Shown: positions 9,535 to 19,714 of the stretch, piece by piece
How the letters are laid out: every line of letters starts with the position of its first letter
Position numbering within the stretch: position 1 is the first letter of the stretch
From: Bacteroidia bacterium
GTDB lineage: Bacteria > Bacteroidota > Bacteroidia > AKYH767-A > 2013-40CM-41-45
NCBI GenBank assembly: GCA_035341855.1
Contig: DAOQWA010000012.1
Coordinates: forward strand, 2,451-66,450
Direction of reading: 5' to 3'
Length of the DNA stretch: 64,000 bases
Notes under the pieces: generated by a model
What the model was told of the DNA's origin: nothing
The model's database searches: none
The model's input: only the letters and a program-made list of their open reading frames with translations
Made by a program: the position numbers and the translations under genes

Positions 9535-11121
9535 ATGGAATTTCACACCTTTACATTGGATATGAAATTCCCGGGCAGAAAGGCTAAGTTTTATTTTCTT
9601 TCTTTTCTAAAACATGATCTCAAGGCGAGCATCACGGTATTTTTTGTTGCACTACCTTTGTGTCTGGGTGTCGCACTGGCTTCAAATGCACCTGTAATTT
9701 CCGGTTTGCTTGCCGGGATAATAGGAGGGGTTGTGGTCTCCCTCTTCAGCAATTCTCAATTAAGCGTGAGTGGACCGGCTGCCGGCCTCACAGCTATTTG
9801 CGCTGCTGCGATCACAAAATTCGATTCATTGGAAATTTTTTATTTATCTGTTACAGTGGCAGGAGTACTTCAATTCATCCTTGGATTATTAAAGTTAGGT
9901 GGATTTACTCATTTCATTCCGGCATCAGTGATCAAGGGAATGTTATCTGCTATTGGCATCATTCTTATTTCAAAACAAATTCCTCCTTTGATAGGATATG
10001 ACAGACCTGAGTTTTGGTCCAATGAATTTTTTAATATTATCACATTAAACCATGCATTTCAAAATGTTCATGACCTTTTAGAACATAGTTCTGCCGGTGC
10101 TATTCTGATAGCCGGAATTGCGACACTATTTTTAATAGCCTGGAAAAAATATCTTGCTCATTCACTATCCTATCTACCTGCCTCATTTCTGGTAGTAATA
10201 CTTGGCATTTTATCAAGCCTGTTTTTAAAAACATATATGCCTTCGATCCAATTAGCCCCCTCTCAATTTGTGAGCATTCCGGACCAGGTGTTTTCTTCGA
10301 TGAAATTTCCAGATCTGAGTATGCTGTTGAGTAATTCCGGTATTTGGCAAACTGGGGTGATTATATGCTTTGTTGCATCTCTTGAAACCTTATTAAGCCT
10401 TGCCGCAATTGACAAACTTGATCCATACAACAGGATCTCCTCTTCGAATAAGGAACTTATGGCGCAAGGAACCGGTAATTTTGTGAGTGGTTTATTGGGC
10501 GGACTACCGATCACAGCCGTAATAGTAAGGAGTTCCGCAAATGCAGAAGCCAAGGCGAAAACTAAACTATCAGCAATTTTTCATGCTATCTGGATTCTTA
10601 TTGCGATCAGCGTTGCTGTTCCGCTCATCAACATGATTCCTTATTGTGTACTTGCTGTGATCCTGCTTCGGACAGGATACAATCTTGTGAAACCTAAAAT
10701 GGTGAAATCAATTTACAGGCAGGGTAAGGAGCAATTTCTTCCATTCATTGTTACCGTCATTGCAATTTTACTTACCGATCTACTCATCGGTGTCTTGATC
10801 GGTATCATTCATGCCATATACTATAGTATTAAACACACCTATTTAGCAGGCTTTACGCTTACTCAAACAAACGATGGTCACAATAAACAGTTTACGATCA
10901 GCCTTGCCTTAAATGTGAGCTTCCTCAGTAAAAAAAGATTTATTGAAATGCTGGATAAAATTCCTGAATACTCTGTAGTACTAATTGACGGTTCAAAAAG
11001 CAACTATATAGATAGAGACGTACTTGAAATTTTTCAGGAGTTTAAAGCCAAGGCCAGGCAAAAACATATTCAACTTGAATTAAAAGAAATTCCTGATGTA
11101 GAAATAATTGAGTTACACTAA
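9535..11121 (+). CDS. SulP/SLC26 family anion transporter with short STAS-like tail
   Basis: DLKASITVFFVALPLCLGVALAS, SVSGPAAGL, ELMAQGTGN and VIVRSSAN. Confidence 0.9.
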   Translation: MEFHTFTLDMKFPGRKAKFYFLSFLKHDLKASITVFFVALPLCLGVALASNAPVISGLLAGIIGGVVVSLFSNSQLSVSGPAAGLTAICAAAITKFDSLEIFYLSVTVAGVLQFILGLLKLGGFTHFIPASVIKGMLSAIGIILISKQIPPLIGYDRPEFWSNEFFNIITLNHAFQNVHDLLEHSSAGAILIAGIATLFLIAWKKYLAHSLSYLPASFLVVILGILSSLFLKTYMPSIQLAPSQFVSIPDQVFSSMKFPDLSMLLSNSGIWQTGVIICFVASLETLLSLAAIDKLDPYNRISSSNKELMAQGTGNFVSGLLGGLPITAVIVRSSANAEAKAKTKLSAIFHAIWILIAISVAVPLINMIPYCVLAVILLRTGYNLVKPKMVKSIYRQGKEQFLPFIVTVIAILLTDLLIGVLIGIIHAIYYSIKHTYLAGFTLTQTNDGHNKQFTISLALNVSFLSKKRFIEMLDKIPEYSVVLIDGSKSNYIDRDVLEIFQEFKAKARQKHIQLELKEIPDVEIIELH

Positions 11122-11126
11122 GAGTC

Positions 11127-12167
11127 CTAAAAGGCTCCTCCTGTATTCTCGCTATAGACTACATGCATAACCGTTTGCCCAACTGCTTTCAGAGTTCTTT
11201 TGTCAATAACATCCATATTGTCGGCATGGGTATGCCAGTGATTTGGAAAACCTGTACTTGAAGAGGCGTCACTTGCAATGATGTCTATACTCGGAATATT
11301 TATTCGATTCACATATACGTGATCGTCTGTTATCCAACCCCCATCCTGAAAAATAAAATAATCTGAAAAGCCGAGGTTAACACCTGTTTTCCAAACCTTT
11401 TCAAGGACAAAGGATGCAAACTGTTTCGAATTTCCTTCCATTCTGAATTTAGAATTTCGTCCACCAACCATGTCTAAAAGAATTCCATACTCAGCCGTAT
11501 AACCCGGCACATGTAGGTTTTTTGTCCAATACTGTGCTCCCAGACAATACGAGTCTTCAGATTCAGGTCCTCCTCCACTCTTTCCCCAATCCTCGGCGTC
11601 AAAAAGAATTATATCTACACCAATCGTTGGCGCCTGGATGGAAAATTGTCTGGCTATTTCCAGAAGCACGCCCACTCCACTGGCACCGTCATCTGCACCT
11701 AAATTAGGTTCATTCCTTCGCTCTGTACCATGATCAGCCCAGGGGCGAGTATCCCAATGAGCGAACAGAAGCACGCGTTGCTTATTCTCAGGATTAAACG
11801 AAGCAATAATATTTTTCATATCAAGATTAACTCCATCATAAGTACGAACAGTTCCTTTCTGCATCATCACCGAACTGGTGAACTTCTTAAATTCTGCGAC
11901 GAGATAATCTGCACATGCAGCATGAGCTTTTGAATTAGGGACACGTGGCCCAAAATCAACTTGCTTCTGTACATAAGAATATGCGGAATCTTCATTAAAG
12001 ACCGGTACTGTGACTACAGGTTGCCTAACCTCAGTTCCACTGTTGCTTGCCGGGGTCTCTATTGGCTTATCAGGAGAAGAACATGAAAACAAGACAAGCA
12101 ACAAACACAAGAAGAATACTCCCGGGGTCTTAATGAATGCTTGCGAATTTTTTAAAAAGAAATTCAT
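11127..12167 (-). CDS. M28-family lipoprotein, probable glutaminyl cyclase
   Basis: Lipobox-like LFSC, and M28 motifs AHWDTRP, GADDGASG, DAEDWG, LDMVG, DDH and HWHT. Confidence 0.8.
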   Translation of the reverse strand: MNFFLKNSQAFIKTPGVFFLCLLLVLFSCSSPDKPIETPASNSGTEVRQPVVTVPVFNEDSAYSYVQKQVDFGPRVPNSKAHAACADYLVAEFKKFTSSVMMQKGTVRTYDGVNLDMKNIIASFNPENKQRVLLFAHWDTRPWADHGTERRNEPNLGADDGASGVGVLLEIARQFSIQAPTIGVDIILFDAEDWGKSGGGPESEDSYCLGAQYWTKNLHVPGYTAEYGILLDMVGGRNSKFRMEGNSKQFASFVLEKVWKTGVNLGFSDYFIFQDGGWITDDHVYVNRINIPSIDIIASDASSSTGFPNHWHTHADNMDVIDKRTLKAVGQTVMHVVYSENTGGAF

Positions 12168-12203
12168 AATGACAAGTGAACAATAATGACAATAATAGAA
12201 AGA

Positions 12204-13682
12204 TCAGTCCCTCGACCATGATACCGTACCATCTTTCTCATCTTTTATCTTAAAACCAAGAGAAGCCAGCTCGTCCCTGATCTTATCAGAGGTAGTAAAA
12301 TCTTTTCTCCCTTTAGCATCTGTGCGAAGGCTCAAAATAAATTTCATGAGCTTATCTGTATCAGTTGAGCTATTATTTTCTTCCAACTTCAATCCAAGGA
12401 TATCAAAAACAAATTCCTGATACGTTTGCTTAAGAATCTCAAGATCGACGGCACTTATGGTCTCAGTCCCTGCATGCACGGAATTAATTATCCTTACTGC
12501 TTCAAACAAATGTGCAATAGTAATAGCCGTGTTGATATCATCGGCCATCGCATCAAAACAAGCTTGACGTAATGCCGGAATATCTGAAGTGCTGGTTGCA
12601 GATGATTTTAATTTCTGTAATACTTCGGAAGCATTCAACAATTTGCTTAATCCTTTTTCTGCTGCTTTTAAACCTTCGTTTGAAAAATCCAGAGTACTCC
12701 TATAATGCGCTTGTAAAATGAAAAAACGAATGGTCATGGGAGAATAAGACTTCTCCAGCAACTTGTGATTACCTGTAAAAAAATCATCAAGGTTAATAAA
12801 ATTGCCTAATGACTTCCCCATCTTCTGTCCATTGATGGTGATCATATTGTTATGCATCCAGTAACGCACGGGTGCATTGCCGCAAGCGCCTTTCGATTGT
12901 GCAATTTCGCTTTCATGGTGAGGGAATAAAAGGTCCATTCCTCCTCCATGAATATCAAAAGTTTCTCCGAGGTATTTAGTACTCATGGCAGAACATTCAA
13001 TATGCCAGCCGGGAAAACCTTCGCTCCAGGGTGATGGCCAATGCATAATGTGTTCAGGCGCTGCTTTTTTCCATAAGGCAAAATCAGCAGGATTCTGTTT
13101 CTCATCCTGACCTTCCAGCTCACGACGTTCATTGCCTGCTCCTGCTATCAGCTCTTCTATAACTCTGCCGCTTAACTTACCATAGTCATGTGTCTTGCTG
13201 TATTTTACAACATCAAAATAGACAGAACCATTAGAAACATAAGCCCATCCATTATCAATAATTTTTTGGATCATATCAATTTGTTCAATGATATGTCCTG
13301 ACGCACGAGGCTCAATGCTCACAGGTAAATTATTCAAGGCACGCATTGCTTCATGAAATTTTCCTGTGTATAATTCCACCACTTCCATTGGCTCAAGCTT
13401 TTCTATGAGAGCACGTTTTGCAATTTTATCTTCGCCCTCATCCGCATCGTCAACCAAATGACCTACGTCAGTAATATTTCTTACATAGCGAACGCGATAA
13501 CCAAGTTTGGTCATAAAACGAAAAAACACATCGAATGTAGTATAAGGTCGTGCATGTCCGAGGTGTGGTGCCCCATACACTGTCGGTCCGCATACGTACA
13601 AGCCCACAAAACCAGGGACTAAAGGTTCGAACTTTTCTTTCTTACGAGAAAGAGAATTAGTTATATAAATTTCATTCACCAT
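12204..13682 (-). CDS. cysS: cysteine--tRNA ligase
   Basis: [12 protein letters not shown] (HIGH), [17 protein letters not shown] and KMGKSLGN. Confidence 0.97.
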   Translation of the reverse strand: MVNEIYITNSLSRKKEKFEPLVPGFVGLYVCGPTVYGAPHLGHARPYTTFDVFFRFMTKLGYRVRYVRNITDVGHLVDDADEGEDKIAKRALIEKLEPMEVVELYTGKFHEAMRALNNLPVSIEPRASGHIIEQIDMIQKIIDNGWAYVSNGSVYFDVVKYSKTHDYGKLSGRVIEELIAGAGNERRELEGQDEKQNPADFALWKKAAPEHIMHWPSPWSEGFPGWHIECSAMSTKYLGETFDIHGGGMDLLFPHHESEIAQSKGACGNAPVRYWMHNNMITINGQKMGKSLGNFINLDDFFTGNHKLLEKSYSPMTIRFFILQAHYRSTLDFSNEGLKAAEKGLSKLLNASEVLQKLKSSATSTSDIPALRQACFDAMADDINTAITIAHLFEAVRIINSVHAGTETISAVDLEILKQTYQEFVFDILGLKLEENNSSTDTDKLMKFILSLRTDAKGRKDFTTSDKIRDELASLGFKIKDEKDGTVSWSRD

Positions 13683-13743
13683 AAAGGTTTGATTGCTAAA
13701 ATAAATGTATGATTAGGAAGAACCCCGATAAGGTCAGAAAATA

Positions 13744-14712
13744 CTAGTGAGAGACCAAAGCATGCTGAATATGATTGTACATGTCTTCGGTCATTCGACA
13801 CAGATCATATTCGGCTTCCCATCCCCAGTCCTTTCTTGCTACGCTATCATCAATACTTTGTGGCCAGCTATCAGCGTAGTTCTGACGGATATCAGGATTA
13901 TATGTGATACTGAAATCCGGAATATGTTTGCGAATCTCTGCTGCCAGCTCTTCCGGATTAAAACTCATACCTGCTACATTATAACTTGAACGAACTTTTA
14001 CTCTTTCTGCATCTGCCTGCATCAGACTTATTGTTGCGCGTAATGCATCCGGCATATACATCATTGGCAAAGTAGATTTCGCAGAGAGAAATGATTCATA
14101 CTTCTTGTTGCGGATAGCCTCGTGAAAAATGGTGACAGCGTAATCGGTTGTCCCGCCTCCGGGATCAGTTTTATATCCGATCAGTCCGGGATATCGAATG
14201 CTACGCACATCAACACCAAAATGATTGTGATAATATTCACACCAGCGCTCACCGGCAAGCTTGCTTATTCCATATACCGTTGATGGCTCAGCGATTGTAA
14301 ATTGAGGTGTATTAATTTTGGGTGTATTCGGTCCAAAGATGGCAATAGAACTAGGCCAGAATAATTTGAACTTTTCCTCCCGAGCCATGTCCAACAAACC
14401 AAGAAGCCCTTCCATGTTCAGCTTCCATGCCGATTTAATTTTTTTCTCTGCTGTTGCCGATAAAAGAGCGGCAAGCAAATAAACCTGCTTCACATTATTC
14501 TTGCGGATGATCTCATTCACTCGTGGAAAATCTAAAACATCGAGCTGATAATAGGGTCCTCCATTTTTAACTTCAGTACTAGGCTCTTTAATATCTGTTG
14601 CAATAACCTGAGAAGATCCATAGATACGACGTAGTTCTTCAACCAACTCCGTTCCGATCTGGCCATTAGCACCAATGACGAGGAGAGATTCTTGTTTTTT
14701 AGTAGAGGTCAT
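13744..14712 (-). CDS. NAD-dependent epimerase/SDR, L-threonine 3-dehydrogenase type
   Basis: GANGQIG, YGISK and PGGGTTDYAV. The start is placed at ATG 14712 (MTSTKK), just after a TACATTTG box; the ORF track extends it to 14793. Confidence 0.85.
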   Translation of the reverse strand: MTSTKKQESLLVIGANGQIGTELVEELRRIYGSSQVIATDIKEPSTEVKNGGPYYQLDVLDFPRVNEIIRKNNVKQVYLLAALLSATAEKKIKSAWKLNMEGLLGLLDMAREEKFKLFWPSSIAIFGPNTPKINTPQFTIAEPSTVYGISKLAGERWCEYYHNHFGVDVRSIRYPGLIGYKTDPGGGTTDYAVTIFHEAIRNKKYESFLSAKSTLPMMYMPDALRATISLMQADAERVKVRSSYNVAGMSFNPEELAAEIRKHIPDFSITYNPDIRQNYADSWPQSIDDSVARKDWGWEAEYDLCRMTEDMYNHIQHALVSH

Positions 14713-14717
14713 GGCTG

Positions 14718-14725
14718 CAAATGTA
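14718..14725 (-). promoter_or_regulatory. Bacteroidota -7 box (SDR dehydrogenase)
   Basis: TACATTTG, 5 nt upstream of ATG 14712. Confidence 0.55.
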
Positions 14726-14847
14726 AGGAAAAGAGAATGGATGCCGGAAAAGTAATTGTAAAATACCCACGAAATATCCTCAAATTCGCGCATTTACGAA
14801 GTTTTATTATTACGGAATTGAAAGCAGGTATTGTATATTCGTGCGCA

Positions 14848-16323
14848 ATGCGAAAATGGCTTCCTTTTATTCTCTTTGCCTTATTGCTCCCTCTCCTTTG
14901 GCTAAATGTCAAAAATAGCCACGATTGGGGTGATGATTTTGCTCAATATATAATACAAGCGAGAAACATTGTTGAAGGTAAAGCACAAACAAATAATGCT
15001 TTGATCTTCGATGAAGAAGCAGGGCAGTTTGCAGTCACTGCTTATCCTGCCGGCTTTCCTCTCTTGCTAAGTCCCGTAGTAGCAGTATACGGTATAGCCA
15101 TTAAACCTCTGTTGTTGCTTGAATCTGTTTTCCTTCTAATCCTTGGATTACTTTCCTTTCACTTTTTCCGGAAATATTTTTCGGACTTGCCTGCCTTTAT
15201 ATTTACTCTCTTCTTATGCTATCATTCTCTCACCCTGGAACTAAAAGGGCAGATACTATCTGAGATCCCCTTTACTGCTTTGCTGACCGCGATCTTTCTC
15301 ATCATACGTTCAGGGATGTTCAACTCAAAAAAATATCTGTTGATTGGCTTCATGATTGCTTTCCTGGCATCAGTACGCATTGTTGGGCTCCTGATAATTC
15401 CGGCACTTGCTATCTTTCTATTACAAGGATTCTTAAAGAAGGATGCAAATCCTCTGTCACAGAATTTTAATCGGTTGAATTTTTTTATCCGGACCACCAT
15501 CAGTTCCTCTTTGCTTTTCATAATATTCAATTCACTTCTGTTTGACATCCACTTAGACGACTTTTTTAATTTTTACCTCAATGCAGGCCAGGCGCATGAA
15601 ACAAAATTTATCGAAAATCTTTTTTCTTACTATGAGCAACTAGCTTATGTGTTTAAAATTCCATTCCTAAACCATTCACTGGTATCCTTCTTGTGCTGCG
15701 GACTTGTTCTTGCAGGAATGGTACAAAGCTTTAGAAAGAATGCCGGCCCTGAACATTGGTTTCTTCTGCTTTACCTATTGATGTTAGGATTATACCCTTA
15801 CAATTCGGGAGGCTTCCGCTTTTTATTTCCGATATTTCCGCCACTAATACTATTCTTTTTTGAAGGAATAAGATTCTTTATTCAAAAGACAACACCCTAT
15901 GTGCAATCATCTGTTTTAATTTTTGCCTGTCTGCTTTTATTCTATTCTCAATATTATCCTCTGAAACAAATATTAAAACAAAGCTCCGGGATCACAATGG
16001 GTCCTCAGGATAAGGCTTCGCAGGAATTGTTTTCATTCATTCGCAATAATACTCCTACAGATGCCGTTGTAGCTTTTCCCAGAGCCAGGGCCATGTCACT
16101 CTATGTAAATCGGGCGGCAACTTATTTGATCAAGTCAAATTCTACGGAAGAAAACGCTCAGTTAGTTGAAAGACTAAATGTTAGCCATCTTATTGTCAGT
16201 AAAGGAAATGAAACAAACCCACTCTATGATGATGCGCTGCTGAATTATATCAGCTATGATCGGGACAAACTGCAACCGGCCTGGGAGAACGAGGATTATA
16301 TCATCTACCGGCGATCGGATTAA
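14848..16323 (+). CDS. GT-C fold (ArnT/PMT-like) polytopic membrane glycosyltransferase
   Basis: First-loop acidic motif WGDDFAQY, AYPAGFP, SEIPF, RFLFPIFP, many TM segments and a soluble C-terminal domain. The likely start is ATG 14848 (MRKWLPF). Confidence 0.7.
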   Translation: MRKWLPFILFALLLPLLWLNVKNSHDWGDDFAQYIIQARNIVEGKAQTNNALIFDEEAGQFAVTAYPAGFPLLLSPVVAVYGIAIKPLLLLESVFLLILGLLSFHFFRKYFSDLPAFIFTLFLCYHSLTLELKGQILSEIPFTALLTAIFLIIRSGMFNSKKYLLIGFMIAFLASVRIVGLLIIPALAIFLLQGFLKKDANPLSQNFNRLNFFIRTTISSSLLFIIFNSLLFDIHLDDFFNFYLNAGQAHETKFIENLFSYYEQLAYVFKIPFLNHSLVSFLCCGLVLAGMVQSFRKNAGPEHWFLLLYLLMLGLYPYNSGGFRFLFPIFPPLILFFFEGIRFFIQKTTPYVQSSVLIFACLLLFYSQYYPLKQILKQSSGITMGPQDKASQELFSFIRNNTPTDAVVAFPRARAMSLYVNRAATYLIKSNSTEENAQLVERLNVSHLIVSKGNETNPLYDDALLNYISYDRDKLQPAWENEDYIIYRRSD

Positions 16324-16424
16324 GCTAAATCCTTTATCCACATTTGAGGCTAATAATTCAATTTCCGGTCTATATTTCCAAGAAAGGATTTTCATAATTT
16401 AACCGATTCATTCCTATTCCGGAA

Positions 16425-19400
16425 TTGGCGAAAAGCATGGCAGAAAAGAGTAAACTCTTCATATTTAATGATGGAACCTCCTTGCGAGATGTAATTTTCA
16501 TTCCATTGTTTCTTTCACTTTTTCTGGTGTACCACTTTTTTCAGGATGTTGAATTTCAACTGGAAATGTTTGAAGGCCGGTCCATTTCAATTGCTACAGC
16601 CGAAGGACTCGATATTTCGAAAAGGGTAAGAAGCTTCTACAACGGAATAATAACATTCATTCTACTGGCTGCATCGTTCAGCTATGCTGTTCAGCGTTTT
16701 CGAAAAGCTATTTCCGGCCAGGATCTAAGAATGTTGAATGCCGTTTCTGCTGCCGGAACTGCCTTACTTTTCTTTCAGCTTTTCGGCGCAACAATGCTTC
16801 CTTCAATTCACCTGATAATTGCTTTGATGCTTGTCATCACCGGAGGAATCATACTAAAACTGAAATTGAAATTTCATAATGAGGAAAAAGTATACTCTTC
16901 TTTATTGATTTGGATCTGTACTCTTTCTTTCTCTTTATACTTTTTACAAATTCAACTATTTCAATTGGCAGGACTGAGTGCTACGCAGTCATTACCGATT
17001 TTCATTCTTGTCTTTTCTTCTGTATTGCTTCTGTTTTATTTTATTGCTCAACGAACAGAGCCTATGACATATGCTACTGTTCAGGGAAATATATTCATTA
17101 GCTTTCCCCTGGCATTTCTACCAATATTGAGTGTTTTGGCCAATGAATTTTATATGGTTCTGAACCAACATTCAATTCATAGCATTGGAATAAAAAGCAT
17201 TTTCGGAACATTCCTTCTGTTAATATTATTCTGGATGTTCATGCGCAGAATAAATTGGAGAAGACAAAACATTAGCGAGTATACTGAATCTTTATCCCTA
17301 CTAAGTAAATCCTGGTTCCCTGCAATAGTCATTGGTATATCTTCTCTGGCAGGTTACAAAGCTACAGTCAGCCCCTCGGTCGACTGGTTCGAAGACGCCA
17401 ACAGAATATTACCGCTTCAACAATGGTTTGATTTCGGGAAAGTTCCTTTTTTAGACACCTTTAGCTCACATGCTTTCTCAGATTTCGGCCCGGGAGTATT
17501 ATTTTCATTCCTTAACGGCTACAATCCATTGGGAGGTTTTGTTTATCAGTTCATGATCCCTGTCATAGTATCACTGGTAGTATATTACCTTTTACTCCGT
17601 GTTACAGAAAATGGATTTATAGCCTTGTTCATTGCACTACTTTATCCTTATGTCGATTTTATCCTCCCTTCTTATTACAACCTCATTCCTGTCACAGCGC
17701 TTGCACTCCTGAATCTATACAGAAAACAAAGTGTTCTTAACTATTTCACTTTCTTCCTGGTACTTGTCCTGATGATTTTCTGGAGAATAGACCTTGGATC
17801 TGCAAATCTTGTAGCAGGGCTGGGAGGAATCTTGTTCCTTTGTTTTGCCGTTCCGGGGTTCAAACCTGATTATCTTCAGCTAGGCAAAGGATTTTTTATG
17901 CTGAGTTTTATTTTGCTCGGCAGCTTATTTGTTACATTCCTGTTTTATGATGGAAGTTTATTTCATCGCTTTAGTGAAATCCTAGGATACATATCATCTT
18001 TCCAATCTTATGGAATAAAAGAATTGAGCATAAACAAGGATTTCAAATATTATTCCTTGTACTTCATCATGCCTGTGGCCGTGCTTCTTTCTGCCGCATA
18101 CGCTTTCATAAGGCTTGTCCGCAACCATGAAGAGAAGAAATATGTCACACAAATTTCTTTGCTTATCTTGTTTCTAAGCGTTTTCTACTTTGCAAACTTT
18201 CAAAGGGGGCTTGTACGGCACACATTAGCAGAATATTGGGATACTGCTTTAAGCTCTTATGGTTTCTTTATTCTTTCCATCAGCATATTCCTCAATGAAA
18301 GGTTTCATAAAAATTCAACGATCAAGTTTTTTGCATTCATCACACTGGCATCCTTGCTAATCATCAATTATAAATTCAGCTCACCGGATCTGCGACAAAA
18401 CAACACTTATTTCAAAGCAAAACAACAGGCATCTCAGGCTCTATTTCTTTCCCCTCTCAATGGAAAAATCAACAGAAGCCCTGAAGCCCCTGATGTTGCA
18501 GAACGCTACAATGAACTTGATGCATTCCTCAGAGAAAATTTTTCCGACACAAGTACTTTTCTTGACTTCAGCAATACGCCGATGTTATACCATTACTTAC
18601 ATCGCATAACACCAAATTATTTCTGTCAGATCCCACATACAGCACATAATGAACAAATGCAGGAAGATCTGTTGGAAGGTCTCAGCAACTACGATATTCC
18701 TGTAGTTGTATTCTCCAATGTACCGATGAATTTCTGGGATTTTCTTGACGGCATTCCGAATACTTTGCGACACTATCGCATCAGCGAATATATTTATAAA
18801 AATTATAAGCCATACGGAATACTGGATATGCACTCGGTGTGGATCAAAAAAGACATCGACTTAAAAATTTCAGAACCTTCTGAGATCGTGAACATAAAAA
18901 ATTTAGATGTAGTCAAAGTGGAAGGTGCTGGTATTACTGATAGCATCATACTTGCTTCAACATCAGAAACTCCGGTCAAAATAAAAAATATCCTGGCTGC
19001 CCCTCTGGCATTAAAGGAATCTATGCATTATTACCTCCACTTAAAGATGCAATCCGGATCAGCCGGGGTTCTTTCTGCCCTTGTTACTTTCGGCAATCAA
19101 CAAGGCAATGAAACCAGAAAGGTCGACTTGCGCCTGAATTCCGGGGACTCTGAACCCTTCATCATCCTTGACAGAAAACCAGGAGAAGAGTATATTCAAA
19201 ATATCGATATCCTATTACCTTCGAATTCCACCTATTCCGTTTCTTCGATTACATTAAACGAATGTGAAACCATTCCTGACCTTTATTCTAAGCAGTTTCA
19301 GGAGCATACTCTAAAACTCATTCCGTATGTTTGGGGAAATTATGATGTTCTTGGCAAACAAAGCAATACAGAATCCTCTATCAAAGTACTGGATCAAAAA

Positions 19401-19712
19401 TATTCCTTACAAGCAAACAGGGAAACAAGATTACTGATTCCTCCGGTAGCTGATGTATCATCAGGAAACTATATTCACATTAAAGCCAAAGCTGAAGGAG
19501 AAGCACCTGCTGAAGTAGTGCTAAATTATGGATTGGGAAATCTCAGGGCAGGAGCTTATACATTCACTATATTGCCTGAAGAATATAAAAATTACAAAAT
19601 TAGAATCAGCACACAGTACAACTGGTATAATTCACAGCAGGAATGGCTGACATTATATTCCGGAGGTGCTACAATTGAGTTGGAGTCGATATCAATTGAA
19701 AAGGGAGATTAG
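16425..19712 (+). CDS. large (about 1090 aa) polytopic membrane protein, GT-C-like core plus extracytoplasmic C-terminal domains
   Basis: Long run of hydrophobic segments, then VDWFEDANRILPLQQWFDFGKVPFLDTFSSH, then about 400 aa of soluble beta-rich C-terminus. ATG at 16437. Confidence 0.55.
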   Translation: MAKSMAEKSKLFIFNDGTSLRDVIFIPLFLSLFLVYHFFQDVEFQLEMFEGRSISIATAEGLDISKRVRSFYNGIITFILLAASFSYAVQRFRKAISGQDLRMLNAVSAAGTALLFFQLFGATMLPSIHLIIALMLVITGGIILKLKLKFHNEEKVYSSLLIWICTLSFSLYFLQIQLFQLAGLSATQSLPIFILVFSSVLLLFYFIAQRTEPMTYATVQGNIFISFPLAFLPILSVLANEFYMVLNQHSIHSIGIKSIFGTFLLLILFWMFMRRINWRRQNISEYTESLSLLSKSWFPAIVIGISSLAGYKATVSPSVDWFEDANRILPLQQWFDFGKVPFLDTFSSHAFSDFGPGVLFSFLNGYNPLGGFVYQFMIPVIVSLVVYYLLLRVTENGFIALFIALLYPYVDFILPSYYNLIPVTALALLNLYRKQSVLNYFTFFLVLVLMIFWRIDLGSANLVAGLGGILFLCFAVPGFKPDYLQLGKGFFMLSFILLGSLFVTFLFYDGSLFHRFSEILGYISSFQSYGIKELSINKDFKYYSLYFIMPVAVLLSAAYAFIRLVRNHEEKKYVTQISLLILFLSVFYFANFQRGLVRHTLAEYWDTALSSYGFFILSISIFLNERFHKNSTIKFFAFITLASLLIINYKFSSPDLRQNNTYFKAKQQASQALFLSPLNGKINRSPEAPDVAERYNELDAFLRENFSDTSTFLDFSNTPMLYHYLHRITPNYFCQIPHTAHNEQMQEDLLEGLSNYDIPVVVFSNVPMNFWDFLDGIPNTLRHYRISEYIYKNYKPYGILDMHSVWIKKDIDLKISEPSEIVNIKNLDVVKVEGAGITDSIILASTSETPVKIKNILAAPLALKESMHYYLHLKMQSGSAGVLSALVTFGNQQGNETRKVDLRLNSGDSEPFIILDRKPGEEYIQNIDILLPSNSTYSVSSITLNECETIPDLYSKQFQEHTLKLIPYVWGNYDVLGKQSNTESSIKVLDQKYSLQANRETRLLIPPVADVSSGNYIHIKAKAEGEAPAEVVLNYGLGNLRAGAYTFTILPEEYKNYKIRISTQYNWYNSQQEWLTLYSGGATIELESISIEKGD

Positions 19713-19714
19713 TT

